Shown piece by piece: positions 1 to 10,842 of a stretch of DNA of 32,000 nt (positions are counted from its first letter, which is position 1; each line of letters starts with the position of its first letter). Source of the DNA: Cupriavidus necator (GTDB taxonomy: Bacteria > Pseudomonadota > Gammaproteobacteria > Burkholderiales > Burkholderiaceae). The position numbers and the translations under genes were made by a program. The stretch spans positions 90,001 to 122,000 of the forward strand of contig NZ_CP066018.1 in NCBI RefSeq assembly GCF_016127575.1, read 5' to 3'. Below the pieces are notes generated by a model that made no database searches, was not told where the DNA came from, and saw only the letters and a program-made list of their open reading frames with translations.

Positions 1-429
1 CTGCTGGACGCCTCGCTCAACCGCGAGGGCGAGGCCATCGCCATGGTCAATACCTGGTCGCATTCGAGCCTGGCCAACAAGCCGTCTTCGCCCGGGCCGG
101 GCGCGTGGATGCACGGCGGCAGCCAGCGGCTGATGGAGCGCGTGTCGCGCAACAACCCGCAGGCCCATGTGTTCCACAATGACTTCTCGGCCTGCAATGC
201 CTACGCCCATGGCGAAGAGGCCGCGGCCGCAGTGGCCTGCCCGGCGCTCTTCATCACCGGCACCAAGGACATGATGACGTCGCCCAAGGCGGCCCAGGCG
301 CTGGCCGGCAAGATGGCCAAGGCAAGCCTGGTCACGGTGCCGTGCGGCCACGCGCTGATGGGCGAACGCCCGGATGAAGTGCTGGACGCGCTGGCGGCCT
401 TTGCGCGCAAGGTGGTCGCTGCCGGCTAA
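1..429 (+). CDS. alpha/beta-fold hydrolase, C-terminal part (5' end outside window)
   Basis: Frame 1 is open from base 1 to TAA at 427-429. The C-terminus has the typical alpha/beta-hydrolase ending ...FITGTKDMM...VTVPCGHALMGERPDEV (catalytic His context). Confidence 0.75.
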   Translation: MLDASLNREGEAIAMVNTWSHSSLANKPSSPGPGAWMHGGSQRLMERVSRNNPQAHVFHNDFSACNAYAHGEEAAAAVACPALFITGTKDMMTSPKAAQALAGKMAKASLVTVPCGHALMGERPDEVLDALAAFARKVVAAG

Positions 430-531
430 GCCTGGTCGCGGATGGCTGGCCGGCCACGCCGGCGGCCAGCCTCCCGACACCTCGGCGCAGAAGGTCTACA
501 CTGCACAAAACAAGACCTGCCGGAGACAGCC

Positions 532-849
532 ATGGCCCACGCCCGCGCGCGCGAGTTCGAGAACTTCGCGGCCTTCTATCCCTACTACCTGAGCGAACAC
601 CAGAACCGTACCTGCCGGCGCCTGCATTTTGCCGGGTCGACGGTAGCGTTGCTGTGCCTGGTGGCGCTGGTGGTTACCGGCAATGCATGGTGGCTGCTGG
701 CCGCCGTGCTGGCAGGCTACGCCTTTGCCTGGGTCGGGCACTTTGGTTTCGAGAAGAACCGGCCGGCGACGTTCCGGCATCCGCTCTACAGCCTGATGGG
801 AGACTGGGTGATGTATGCCGATATCTGGCGGGGCAGGATCCCGTTCTGA
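532..849 (+). CDS. DUF962 / Mpo1-like small membrane protein
   Basis: MAHARAREFENFAAFYPYYLSEHQNRTCRRLHF...WVGHFGFEKNRPATFRHPLYSLMGDW matches the DUF962 pattern as I remember it. I prefer the ATG at 532 over the 442 start of the ORF track (Arg/Pro-rich leader). Confidence 0.7.
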   Translation: MAHARAREFENFAAFYPYYLSEHQNRTCRRLHFAGSTVALLCLVALVVTGNAWWLLAAVLAGYAFAWVGHFGFEKNRPATFRHPLYSLMGDWVMYADIWRGRIPF

Positions 850-877
850 GCAACTTCACTGTCGCAGGGGGCGGACC

Positions 878-2224
878 TTACACCTGGCCATGCCAGCCCG
901 GCGGCACCACTTCCAGCGTGCGCCGCTGGGGGTGGCTCCCCCCATCCCCTTCAGTCGGCGGCAGATCAGCCGGCTGCTGCCGGAACACCGCCTCCAGCGT
1001 CTGATCCAGCTGCGGATTGTCCAGGACCGACTTGAGCGCATCCGCCCCTTGCAGCTGCTGCGCCAGCGCGGTGCGCGGCAGCCGCGGCAGGTTCAGCACC
1101 AGCCGGTCATGCAGCGTGCGCAACGTCACCTGTGACGGATTGCACAGCAGTGCCCAATGGGCCTGACCACGCTCCTGCTGCAAGCGCCCGACCAGATGCA
1201 TGGCCTTGAGCTTGCCCAGCAGGTCCGACAGGTAATCGGCCTCGACCCGCAGCTTGCGGCCCAGGTCCAGTTCGCCAACGCTGCGCGGCACCTCGTCGCG
1301 CGCGCGGTAGAGCAGCAGCAGCACGCCCAGCGCATCGAAGAACTCGCTGCCGGCAAAGGTGCGGCGGCGCCAGTAGCCCTGCCGGATCACCGGCAGGTTG
1401 GCGGCAATGGTCGCACCCAGCAGCGTCACCAGCCAGCTCAGGTAGATCCACAGCAGGAACAGCGGCAACGCGGCGAAGGTGCCGTAGACCGCGGTATAGG
1501 CCGGGATCTCGGTGATGAAATAGCCGAAGCCGCGCTTGGCGAACTCGAACGCGACCGCCGCCACCAGGCCGGCCACGATGGCATCGCGCCATTCGACATA
1601 GGCATTGGGCACCGCCGTGTACAGGAAGGCGAAGGCCAGCGCCGACAGCAGCACCGGCGTCGCGCCCACCAGCAGCCCCAGCCCCACCGGCATGGTGCCG
1701 ACATAGCCCGCCGAGACCGAGATCAGGTAGGAGCTGATCGACAGGCTCGCGCCGATCAGCACCGGCCCGAAGGTCAGCACCGCCCAGAACACCAGCACCC
1801 GCTGCGCCAGCGGGCGGCGCTGCTTGACGCGCCAGATCGCGTTGAGCGCGTCTTCCACGGTCAGCATGGTCAGCACCGAGGTGACCATCAACCCGCCCAG
1901 GCCCATTGCGGTCAGCCCGCGCGCGCTCTTGGCGAACATGCCGAGGTAGCGCTGGATCGATTCACTGACGTTGCCGGGGATCAGGTTCTGGAACAGGAAC
2001 GCCTCGATGGCGTTGCGGAAGTCGCGGAACACCGGGAACGCGGCCAGCAGCGCGAACGCCACCGTCAATACCGGCACTACTGCCAGCACGGTGGTGAAGG
2101 TCAGGCTGGCCGAGACCTGTGGCAGCCGGTCTTCGCCGGCGCGGCGCAGCGCATACCGCGCCAGGGCGCGTACCTTCTGCAGGTTCCATTCCCGGCGCAG
2201 GCGGGCAACGCGGGGTCCGATCAT
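878..2224 (-). CDS. YihY/BrkB (virulence factor BrkB) family inner-membrane protein
   Basis: Multi-TM protein with the YihY-type N-terminus (RAGEDRLPQVSASLTFTTVLAVVPVLTV...). Start moved to the internal ATG at 2224 (MIGPRVARL...) because the first 32 codons of the track ORF are Pro/Arg junk. Confidence 0.85.
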   Translation of the reverse strand: MIGPRVARLRREWNLQKVRALARYALRRAGEDRLPQVSASLTFTTVLAVVPVLTVAFALLAAFPVFRDFRNAIEAFLFQNLIPGNVSESIQRYLGMFAKSARGLTAMGLGGLMVTSVLTMLTVEDALNAIWRVKQRRPLAQRVLVFWAVLTFGPVLIGASLSISSYLISVSAGYVGTMPVGLGLLVGATPVLLSALAFAFLYTAVPNAYVEWRDAIVAGLVAAVAFEFAKRGFGYFITEIPAYTAVYGTFAALPLFLLWIYLSWLVTLLGATIAANLPVIRQGYWRRRTFAGSEFFDALGVLLLLYRARDEVPRSVGELDLGRKLRVEADYLSDLLGKLKAMHLVGRLQQERGQAHWALLCNPSQVTLRTLHDRLVLNLPRLPRTALAQQLQGADALKSVLDNPQLDQTLEAVFRQQPADLPPTEGDGGSHPQRRTLEVVPPGWHGQV

Positions 2225-2261
2225 GCGCAAACAACCTCCTGGATCTGGTTCTGACGGATAA

Positions 2262-3397
<1,136 letters not shown>

Positions 3398-3416
3398 CCC
3401 TCATTCCGCCGTCGCC

Positions 3417-4835
3417 ATGACCTCGCCTCAAGACTCCTTCCTCGCACTGTGCCGCGCCGCGCTGGGTGCGCAGCACGTGCTGACCGATGCAGCCGACAAG
3501 GCACCCTACCTGACCGACTGGCGCAAGCGCTATCGCGGCGAAGCGCTGGCGGTGCTGCGCCCCGGCACCACCGAGGAGGTCGCGGAGGTGGTCCATGCCT
3601 GCCATGCGCACAAGATCGCGGTGGTGCCGCAAGGCGGCAACACCGGCCTGTGCGGCGGCGCCACGCCGGTGGCCGGGCAGGACCAGGTGGTGGTTTCGCT
3701 GCAGCGGCTGCACCGCATCCGCCAGGTCGATCCGCTCAACAACACCATCACGGTCGAGGCCGGCGTGGTGCTGCAGCACCTGCAAGAGGTGGCGCGCGAG
3801 CACGGCCGGCTGTTTCCGCTGAGCCTGGCGGCCGAAGGCAGCTGCACCATCGGCGGCAACCTGTCGACCAATGCCGGCGGCACCGCGGTGCTGCGCTACG
3901 GCAACACGCGTGAGCTGTGCCTGGGCCTGGAAGTGGTGACGCCGTCGGGCGAGATCTGGCACGGCCTGCGCGGGCTGCGCAAGGACAACACCGGCTACGA
4001 CCTGCGCGACCTCTTTGTCGGCGCAGAAGGCACGCTCGGCATCATCACCGCGGCGGTGATGAAGCTGTTCCCGCTGCCACGCGCCTCGGTCACCGCGCTG
4101 GCCGCGGTGCAGAGCCCGCGCGCCGCGCTGGCGCTGCTGGCCATCGCACAATCGCATGCGGGCGCCATGCTGACCGGGTTCGAGCTGATGTCCGCGCTCA
4201 GCATGACGCTGGTGACGCGGCACTTCCCGCAGCTGCGCTATCCGTTCGCAGACATCCACCCGCAGCTGGTGCTGCTGGAACTGTCCGACAGCGAAAGCGA
4301 AGCCCATGCGCGCGGCATCTTCGAGACCATGATGTCGGCCGCCTTCGATGCCGGCGTGGTCGCCGACGCGGTGGTGGCGGAATCGGTGCAGCAGTCGCGC
4401 GATTTCTGGAACCTGCGCGAGCATATCCCGCTGGCGCAGGTGGAAGACGGCAAGAACATCAAGCACGATATCGCCGTGCCGGTGTCGCGCGTGGCGGACT
4501 TCATCGAGACCACCGACGCGCTGCTGCAGAACGCCTTCCCCGGCGCGCGCATGGTGACCTTCGGCCACCTCGGCGACGGCAACCTGCACTACAACGTGTC
4601 GCCGCCGGAAGGCGTCGACCATGACGCCTTCCTGGCGCACCAGGACCAGGTCAACCGCATCGTGCACGACAGCGTGCGCTCGCATAACGGCTCGATTTCC
4701 GCCGAGCACGGACTGGGCCAACTCAAGCGCGAGGAAAACCGGCTCTACAAGAGCGAAGTCGAACTGGCGATGATGCGCGCGATCAAGGGCGCACTCGATC
4801 CGCAGGGGCTGATGAATCCCGGCAAGGTGATCTGA
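3417..4835 (+). CDS. FAD-binding oxidoreductase (GlcD / D-2-hydroxyacid, D-2-hydroxyglutarate dehydrogenase-like)
   Basis: 472 aa with an FAD_binding_4-type N-terminus (VVPQGGNTGLCGGA...) and an FAD-oxidase C-terminus (HGLGQLK...LDPQGLMNPGKVI). Confidence 0.9.
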   Translation: MTSPQDSFLALCRAALGAQHVLTDAADKAPYLTDWRKRYRGEALAVLRPGTTEEVAEVVHACHAHKIAVVPQGGNTGLCGGATPVAGQDQVVVSLQRLHRIRQVDPLNNTITVEAGVVLQHLQEVAREHGRLFPLSLAAEGSCTIGGNLSTNAGGTAVLRYGNTRELCLGLEVVTPSGEIWHGLRGLRKDNTGYDLRDLFVGAEGTLGIITAAVMKLFPLPRASVTALAAVQSPRAALALLAIAQSHAGAMLTGFELMSALSMTLVTRHFPQLRYPFADIHPQLVLLELSDSESEAHARGIFETMMSAAFDAGVVADAVVAESVQQSRDFWNLREHIPLAQVEDGKNIKHDIAVPVSRVADFIETTDALLQNAFPGARMVTFGHLGDGNLHYNVSPPEGVDHDAFLAHQDQVNRIVHDSVRSHNGSISAEHGLGQLKREENRLYKSEVELAMMRAIKGALDPQGLMNPGKVI

Positions 4836-4848
4836 GCGCGCCGCGCCA

Positions 4849-5697
4849 TCATCGCGCCAGTGCCTCGCGGATATATGCCGCCACCGCCTCCAGCAACTGG
4901 TCGAGATGGCCGCGCAGCACGGCGAAGCCGCGGTGCTGCGCGAACCTTGCCTCGTCCATATAAAGCGCGCGGTTGATTTCGATCTGCAGGCTGTGGCGGC
5001 CGTGCGCCGGGTCCGCATAGGCACGGATCAGCTCCGCCCCCTTGTACGGCCAGTTGATGCCCACCCGGTAGCCGAAGCCGCGCAGGCACTGCGCCACCAG
5101 CTCGATAAACGCAGGCGAGCAGGTGGCGCCGTCGCCGTTGCTGATCACAAAGTCAGCCCGCTCCACGCCATTGTCCACGTTCATCGCATTGCCGCGCGAT
5201 TTCATCGAATGGCAGTCGATATGCCACACCGCGCCCGAGCGCGCATGATGCTGCGCCAGCAGGCCGGACAGCGCGGCGTGATAGGGATCGTAGTAGGTCT
5301 TCAGCAGGTACTCCGCCATGTCCGGCGACAGCGGCGCGGCGTACACCGGCACGCCCGGCAGCGCCAGCCGGCGCAGCACGCCCATGCCGCGCCCGGACTT
5401 GTCGCTGGGCTGCACGGCATAAGGCATGGCGCCGTCGATCAGCGCGGGATCGATGTCATCGCGGGCGCGGTTGACGTCGACCATCCAGCGCGGGAAGCGC
5501 GCGCACAGCAGCGTGCCGCCCACCATCGGCGCATGCGCGAACAACTGGTCGACATAAGCGTCCCAGCCCGTCAGCAGGGCTTCGGGGGGCGCCGCCAGCG
5601 GCAGGGTCTCGGCATGCACCAGCCCGCTGTGCGGGGAGTCCACCACCAGCGGCAGCGCCGCGCCGGCCGGTTCAGTCAGCGAATAAGGAAGGGCCAT
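4849..5697 (-). CDS. N-formylglutamate amidohydrolase (FGase/HutG-like) family protein
   Basis: 282 aa with PLVVDSPHSG..., VDVNR, HIDCHSM motifs of the FGase family. Starts 2 nt after the porin stop. Confidence 0.85.
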   Translation of the reverse strand: MALPYSLTEPAGAALPLVVDSPHSGLVHAETLPLAAPPEALLTGWDAYVDQLFAHAPMVGGTLLCARFPRWMVDVNRARDDIDPALIDGAMPYAVQPSDKSGRGMGVLRRLALPGVPVYAAPLSPDMAEYLLKTYYDPYHAALSGLLAQHHARSGAVWHIDCHSMKSRGNAMNVDNGVERADFVISNGDGATCSPAFIELVAQCLRGFGYRVGINWPYKGAELIRAYADPAHGRHSLQIEINRALYMDEARFAQHRGFAVLRGHLDQLLEAVAAYIREALAR

Positions 5698-5699
5698 TA

Positions 5700-6737
5700 T
5701 CAGAATTTGTGCTGGATGCCGATGCCGACCGTGGTCACGGTGTCACCGGGCTTGTGCGAGTTGGGATCCTCGCGATCGAAGAAGACGTAGGGCATGGTGC
5801 GTTTGCTCAGGCTGTAGCCATAGCCGGCCTGCACCTTCTTGAGCCTGCCTTGCGGGTCGCGCTGTACTGCGCGCTCCATGTAGTTCACGGTGAGCTTGTG
5901 GGCGCCATAGGGCACGGTGAAGCCGACCAGCCAGTAAGGCACGTCGGTGCGGGTGGCGGCAGTGCCGGCGTAGCGGTCGCGCCCGTAGATGCCGTAGATA
6001 TTGACCACGGTAAAGTTATACGACGCCGCGCCCTGCACCTTGTCGCGGAAATCATTGGCCACCAGCCCGCCGGCCTTGGCATCGCGCGAATAGCCCACGC
6101 CCGCGGCAAAGTTGCCGGCAGCGTAGTTAAGGCCAAGGTCGTACTGGCGGAAGTCGTCCTCGGCCCGCACCGGCGACCTGGCGTTGGGAGTGGCCGGATC
6201 GGGGCCCGCCAGGTTCACGCGCGCCCGTACTGAAAAGCCGCCGAACTCCGGCGTCGCGTAGCCCAGCGCGTTCGACACGCGGTTGCGCGCGTTCAGCACC
6301 TTGGTGCCGATGGCAGTGGCGCCCGCATCATGGATGGCGAAGTCGATGTTCTGCGTCACCTGCGAGTAGATCGGCGAACCCACGATCGTCACCGAATCCA
6401 GCCGCCCCAGCGCGATCGCGCCGAAGCCGCCCTGCAGTCCGACAAAGGCATTGCGGAACTGCGGGTTGGTGGCCGTGCCGCTGTCGGCGGCAAAGCCCTG
6501 CTCCAGCCCGAACGCGGCGCGCAAGCCCCCGCCCAGGTCTTCGCTGCCGCGCATGCCCCAGCGCGAGGCGTTGTCGACCATCTGCGTGGCGCGGCCGTCC
6601 GGGCCCTTCTGGTATTCGATATCGGTGTCGAGGCGGCCGTACAGCGTCACCGATGCGTCGGCCGCGGCCGACAGCAGCGCCAGCGCGCCGCCGATGCAGG
6701 CGCGTGCGAGCGCACTCTTGGTCTGGATACCCTTCAT
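5700..6737 (-). CDS. Gram-negative general porin (Burkholderiales OmpC-like)
   Basis: Signal peptide MKGIQTKSALARACIGGALALLSAAADA, then SVTLYGRLDTDIEYQ and a C-terminal ...GIGIQHKF (terminal Phe). Start set at ATG 6737 with AGGGAG upstream; the longer track ORF (to 6869) is rejected. Confidence 0.9.
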   Translation of the reverse strand: MKGIQTKSALARACIGGALALLSAAADASVTLYGRLDTDIEYQKGPDGRATQMVDNASRWGMRGSEDLGGGLRAAFGLEQGFAADSGTATNPQFRNAFVGLQGGFGAIALGRLDSVTIVGSPIYSQVTQNIDFAIHDAGATAIGTKVLNARNRVSNALGYATPEFGGFSVRARVNLAGPDPATPNARSPVRAEDDFRQYDLGLNYAAGNFAAGVGYSRDAKAGGLVANDFRDKVQGAASYNFTVVNIYGIYGRDRYAGTAATRTDVPYWLVGFTVPYGAHKLTVNYMERAVQRDPQGRLKKVQAGYGYSLSKRTMPYVFFDREDPNSHKPGDTVTTVGIGIQHKF

Positions 6738-6903
6738 GCTTCTGCTCCCTCTATTGTTGTGTGCCAACGCACAAGTGCCCCTAGGGTGATCCCAACTGCC
6801 GCGTTGTCTGTCCGCGCAGCGCGCACGCTCCCCGCCCGCCGCGCGCGCGGCGGGATGGCATCGATGCACAGGGGGGAGCGTGGGCCGGCCGGGCGGCAGC
6901 TAT

Positions 6904-7863
6904 CTAGTCATTCAAGTGGCAGGCGGACAGCCGCCCACCGATATCGCGCAGCACCGGTACTTCGGCCGCGCAACGCGCGCTCGCATGCGGGCAGCGCGGA
7001 TGGAAGGCGCAGCCCGTGGGCGGCGCCAGCGGGCTGGGCAGTTCGCCGCGGATCGGCTGGTGCGCTGGCGGGCTGGCGCCCAGGCGCGGCGCGTCGGCCA
7101 GCAGGGCACGGGTATAGGGATGGTTGGGCGCGCCGAACACGTCGCGCGCAGCGCCGCTCTCGACGATGCGGCCCAGGTACATGATCACCACGCGGTCCGA
7201 CATATGCTCCACCACCGCCAGGTTGTGGCTGATGAAGACATAGGTCAGTTCGTGTTCGCGCCGCAGCTGCATGAACAGGTTGATGATCTGCGCCTGCACC
7301 GAGACGTCGAGCGCGGACACGGCCTCGTCGCAGATCAGCAGGCGCGGGCGCAGCGCCAGTGCGCGGGCAATGGCCACGCGCTGGCGCTGGCCGCCGGAGA
7401 ACTCATGCGGAAAGCGCTCGGCGTAGCTGGGATCAAGCCCCACCTGCTGCAGCAGTTCGCCGGCGAACGACGCCGCGCGCGCACGCTTGACCATGCCGTG
7501 ATAGACCGCGCCTTCGGTAATGGCCTGGCCGATGCGCAGCCGCGGGTTGAGCGAGGCATAGGGGTTCTGGAACACCATCTGCACGGCGCGGTGATAGCCG
7601 GCGGACGCGATATCGGCGCGCCTGCCTTCCCACGCAATCTCGCCGCCCGTCTGCGGCAGCAGCCCCGCCAGCATGCGGCCCAGCGTGGACTTGCCGCAGC
7701 CGGACTCGCCGACCACACCCAGCACCTCGCCCTTCTTCACCTGCAGCGAGACATCATTGACGGCATGCACCGCCTGCACTGGCTTGCCGGCCATGCGTCC
7801 CAGCAGGCCGGGCCTCATGGAGAAGCGTTTCTGCAGGTTGCGCGCTTCGAGCATGACTGTCAT
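6904..7863 (-). CDS. ABC transporter ATP-binding protein (DppF/OppF-like)
   Basis: Walker [10 protein letters not shown], signature FSGGQRQR, Walker [13 protein letters not shown], and an oligopeptide C-terminal domain (HPYTRALL, Cys-rich tail). Its ATG (7863-7861) overlaps the upstream ATPase stop (ATGA). Confidence 0.9.
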   Translation of the reverse strand: MTVMLEARNLQKRFSMRPGLLGRMAGKPVQAVHAVNDVSLQVKKGEVLGVVGESGCGKSTLGRMLAGLLPQTGGEIAWEGRRADIASAGYHRAVQMVFQNPYASLNPRLRIGQAITEGAVYHGMVKRARAASFAGELLQQVGLDPSYAERFPHEFSGGQRQRVAIARALALRPRLLICDEAVSALDVSVQAQIINLFMQLRREHELTYVFISHNLAVVEHMSDRVVIMYLGRIVESGAARDVFGAPNHPYTRALLADAPRLGASPPAHQPIRGELPSPLAPPTGCAFHPRCPHASARCAAEVPVLRDIGGRLSACHLND

Positions 7864-8822
7864 GCCACCTCCAGGGGATAAAAGCAGCGCAGCGTCCGGC
7901 CGCGCACGGTGGTTTCGGCGGGCGCCTGGCGGCATGCGTCCTGCGCGCGCTGGCAGCGCGGCGCAAAAGCACAGCCCGGTGGCAGCGCGGCCAGCGCCGG
8001 GGCCGCGCCCGGGATCGCGCGCAGCGTTGCGCCGCGCATGGCCGGCGTGGGCAGGGAATCCAGCAACCCGCGCGTGTACGGATGCAGCGGCCGCTCAATC
8101 AGGTCGGCGACCGGGCCCTGCTCCACCACCCTGCCCGCGTACATCACGCAGACGCGGTCGACCAGGTCCTTGACCACGGCCAGGTCATGGCTGATCCAGA
8201 TCGCGGCGGCACCGGTCTCGCGCACCAGCTGCTTCATCTCGTAGAGGATCTGCGCCTGGATGGTGACGTCCAGTGCGGTGGTGGGCTCATCGGCAATGAT
8301 CAGGTCCGGGCGGTTGATCAGCGCATTGGCGATTGCCACGCGCTGGCGCATGCCTCCCGACAGCTCATGCGGATAGGCGCGCATGCGCTGCTCCGGCGCC
8401 GGGATGCCCACGCGCGTGAGCGCGTCGACTGCCTGCGCGTGCGCTTGCGCGCGGGTGCGGCGGCGATGCACCAGCACGGTCTCGGCCAGCTGGTCGCCCA
8501 CGCGCATCACCGGGTTGAGCGACATCATCGGATCCTGGAACACCATCGCGATGCGGTCGCCGCGCAGCGCCTGCCACTGGCGCGGCGAACACGCCAGCAG
8601 CTCCCGTCCCTTGAAGCGCACCGAACCGCCAGTGACACGCCCGGGCGGGTCCAGCAGGTTCATCAGCGAAAACGCCGTCACCGACTTGCCCGAGCCTGAC
8701 TCGCCGACGATGCCGAGGATCTCGCCCGGCTCCAGCGCAAACGACACGCCATCCACCGCCTTCACGGCCCCGCGCGCGAGCGCGAAGCTGGTGCTCAGGC
8801 CGGTAACTTCCAGTAGTGCCAT
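7860..8822 (-). CDS. ABC transporter ATP-binding protein (DppD/OppD-like)
   Basis: [37 protein letters not shown]. Confidence 0.9.
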   Translation of the reverse strand: MALLEVTGLSTSFALARGAVKAVDGVSFALEPGEILGIVGESGSGKSVTAFSLMNLLDPPGRVTGGSVRFKGRELLACSPRQWQALRGDRIAMVFQDPMMSLNPVMRVGDQLAETVLVHRRRTRAQAHAQAVDALTRVGIPAPEQRMRAYPHELSGGMRQRVAIANALINRPDLIIADEPTTALDVTIQAQILYEMKQLVRETGAAAIWISHDLAVVKDLVDRVCVMYAGRVVEQGPVADLIERPLHPYTRGLLDSLPTPAMRGATLRAIPGAAPALAALPPGCAFAPRCQRAQDACRQAPAETTVRGRTLRCFYPLEVA

Positions 8823-8832
8823 GCCGGGCTCC

Positions 8833-9789
8833 TTACCCTTCCAGCCGCGGATTGAGCACGCGGCGCAGGCGGTCGCCCACCAGGTTGATCGAGCCGATCA
8901 GCAGCACCAGGGCCACGCCCGGGAAGATGCTGATCCAGTACTTGTTCGACAGCATGTATTCGAAGCCATTGGCGATCAGCATGCCCAGCGACGGCTGCGT
9001 GCGTGGCAGCCCGATGCCGAGGAAGCTCATGGTGGCCTCCAGCGTGATCGCATGCGCGATCTGCAGCGTTCCGGTCACCACCAGCGGCGCCATGCAGTTG
9101 GGCAGGATATGGCGGAACATCACGCGCAGCGCCGGCAAGCCCTGGCCAAGCGCGGCCTCGACATATTCCTTGCGCCGCTCCACCTGAGCCGCGCCGCGCA
9201 CGGTGCGGGCAAAGTAGGCCCACTGCACGATCACCAGCGCCAGAAGGGTCTTGTCCACGCCCTGCCCCAGCACCGCCAGCAGGATCAGCGCCACCAACAC
9301 CGCGGGCAGGCTCAGCTGCAGGTCGACCACGCGCATGATGGCGGCATCCGCCACCCCGCCGAAGTACGCCGCGGCCAGGCCCACGGCGCTGCCGACCATC
9401 AGCGCCACCACCGCGCTGATCACGCCCACGCCCACGCTGATACGGATGCCATAGAAGATGGCGCTGAGCAGGTCGCGCCCGGCGCCGTCGGTGCCCAGCC
9501 AGTAATGCGGCCGGCCTTCGTAGCCGACACTGCCCGGCGGCAGTTCGGAGTCGATCACCGACACCGTGGCGAGGTCATAGGGATTCTGCGGGCTGATCAC
9601 ATGGGCCAGCACGGCAACCAGCAGCAGCGCCACCAGCAGTGCCAGCGCGGCGGCGGAGACGCGGTTGGCGCAGAAGCGCCGCAGCAGCGAGGGCCGTGCC
9701 GCAGGCGGCGCGGCGGCAGGCGCCGGTTCCGCCGCGGCCGGCGCAAGCGCGGGCACGGCAGTGTCGGCTTCAGATACAGGCAGGGACAT
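8833..9789 (-). CDS. ABC transporter permease (DppC/OppC-like)
   Basis: Six-TM BPD_transp_1-type permease with an Ala/Pro-rich N-terminal extension; position in the operon. Confidence 0.9.
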   Translation of the reverse strand: MSLPVSEADTAVPALAPAAAEPAPAAAPPAARPSLLRRFCANRVSAAALALLVALLLVAVLAHVISPQNPYDLATVSVIDSELPPGSVGYEGRPHYWLGTDGAGRDLLSAIFYGIRISVGVGVISAVVALMVGSAVGLAAAYFGGVADAAIMRVVDLQLSLPAVLVALILLAVLGQGVDKTLLALVIVQWAYFARTVRGAAQVERRKEYVEAALGQGLPALRVMFRHILPNCMAPLVVTGTLQIAHAITLEATMSFLGIGLPRTQPSLGMLIANGFEYMLSNKYWISIFPGVALVLLIGSINLVGDRLRRVLNPRLEG

Positions 9790-9837
9790 CGGTTCAGTCT
9801 CGTTCTTTTGGAGGGAGAAAAGCGGCGGAGGCGGGGT

Positions 9838-10809
9838 CTAGGCCGGCTTGTGCCGCAGGCGCGGGTCCAGCACCACGTAGAGCAGGTCGACCACCAGGTT
9901 CAGCACCACGAACAGCACCAGCGTGACCAGCAGGTAGGCCACCACCACCGGACGGTCCAGCGCCAGCACCGAATCGATGATCAGCTTGCCCATGCCAGGC
10001 CAGGAGAACACCGACTCGGTCACCACCGAGAACGCGATCAGGTGGCCGAACTCCAGGCCGACCACGGTGACGATCGGGATCAGCACATTGGGAACGACAT
10101 GGCGCAGCACCAGCCGCGCGCCGCCCACGCCCTTGGCGCGGGCAAACCTGATGTACTCCTGACCGGCCACTTCGCGCGTGCCGGCCTCGGTGAGGCGCGC
10201 GACCAGCGAGATCTTGAACAGCGACAGCGTCAGCGCCGGCAGCAGCAGGAAGCGCATGCCTTCCCAACTGGTCACCGACAGCGGCATGCCCAGCACCGTG
10301 CTGACCGGCCCGCGCCCGCCCGAAGGCAGCCAGCCCAGGTTCACCGAGAACACCAGGATGCAGATCATGCCGATCCAGAAGGTCGGCATGATCACGCCGC
10401 CGAGCGAGCACGCCATCAGCATCCGCGCCAGCCGGCTATGCGGCTTGAGGCCCGCAAACACACCCATCGGGATGCCGATGCCCAGCGACAGCAGCAGCGC
10501 CGTCACGGCCAGTTCCAGCGTGGCCGGCACGCGGCTGACGATCAGCTCGATCGCCGGCCGGTTATAGATGAAGGAATCGCCCAGGTCGCCGTGCAGGGCG
10601 CCCTGCAGGAAGCGCAGGTATTGCTGCGGCATGGGCAGGTCCAGGCCGAGCGCGTGGCGCGCCTCAGTGATTTCCTGCTCGGTGGCGGTGGGGCTGACCA
10701 GCAGGTGCACCGGGTCGCCGATCAGGTTGACCGCGCAGAAGGTCAGCACCGACATGATCCACAGCACCGCAAGGCTCTGCAGCAGCCGTTTGAGAAGGGT
10801 TTCGAACAT
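9838..10809 (-). CDS. ABC transporter permease (DppB/OppB-like)
   Basis: MFETLLKRLLQSLAVLWIMSVLTF... typical DppB N-terminus; EAA-loop region ...EYIRFARAKG. Confidence 0.9.
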   Translation of the reverse strand: MFETLLKRLLQSLAVLWIMSVLTFCAVNLIGDPVHLLVSPTATEQEITEARHALGLDLPMPQQYLRFLQGALHGDLGDSFIYNRPAIELIVSRVPATLELAVTALLLSLGIGIPMGVFAGLKPHSRLARMLMACSLGGVIMPTFWIGMICILVFSVNLGWLPSGGRGPVSTVLGMPLSVTSWEGMRFLLLPALTLSLFKISLVARLTEAGTREVAGQEYIRFARAKGVGGARLVLRHVVPNVLIPIVTVVGLEFGHLIAFSVVTESVFSWPGMGKLIIDSVLALDRPVVVAYLLVTLVLFVVLNLVVDLLYVVLDPRLRHKPA

Positions 10810-10842
10810 GATGATTAAAGGCGGGATAGTCCGTGGCGCGGA

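Noticed and set aside
6835-6854. Perfect 20-nt G/C-only palindrome CCCGCCGCGCGCGCGGCGGG between the ABC operon and the porin gene, considered as a terminator or protein site
   Set aside because: It has no loop and no U-tract on either strand. Alternating GC palindromes of this kind arise easily in high-GC intergenic DNA. Noted, but no function can be supported.
8383-10818. 811-aa plus-strand ORF spanning the ABC ATPase and permease genes
   Set aside because: It is antisense to three genes with clear family signatures. Its translation is low-complexity (R/H/Q/G/A-rich) with no recognisable domain. This is a typical shadow ORF of high-GC DNA, where stop codons are rare in the antisense frame.
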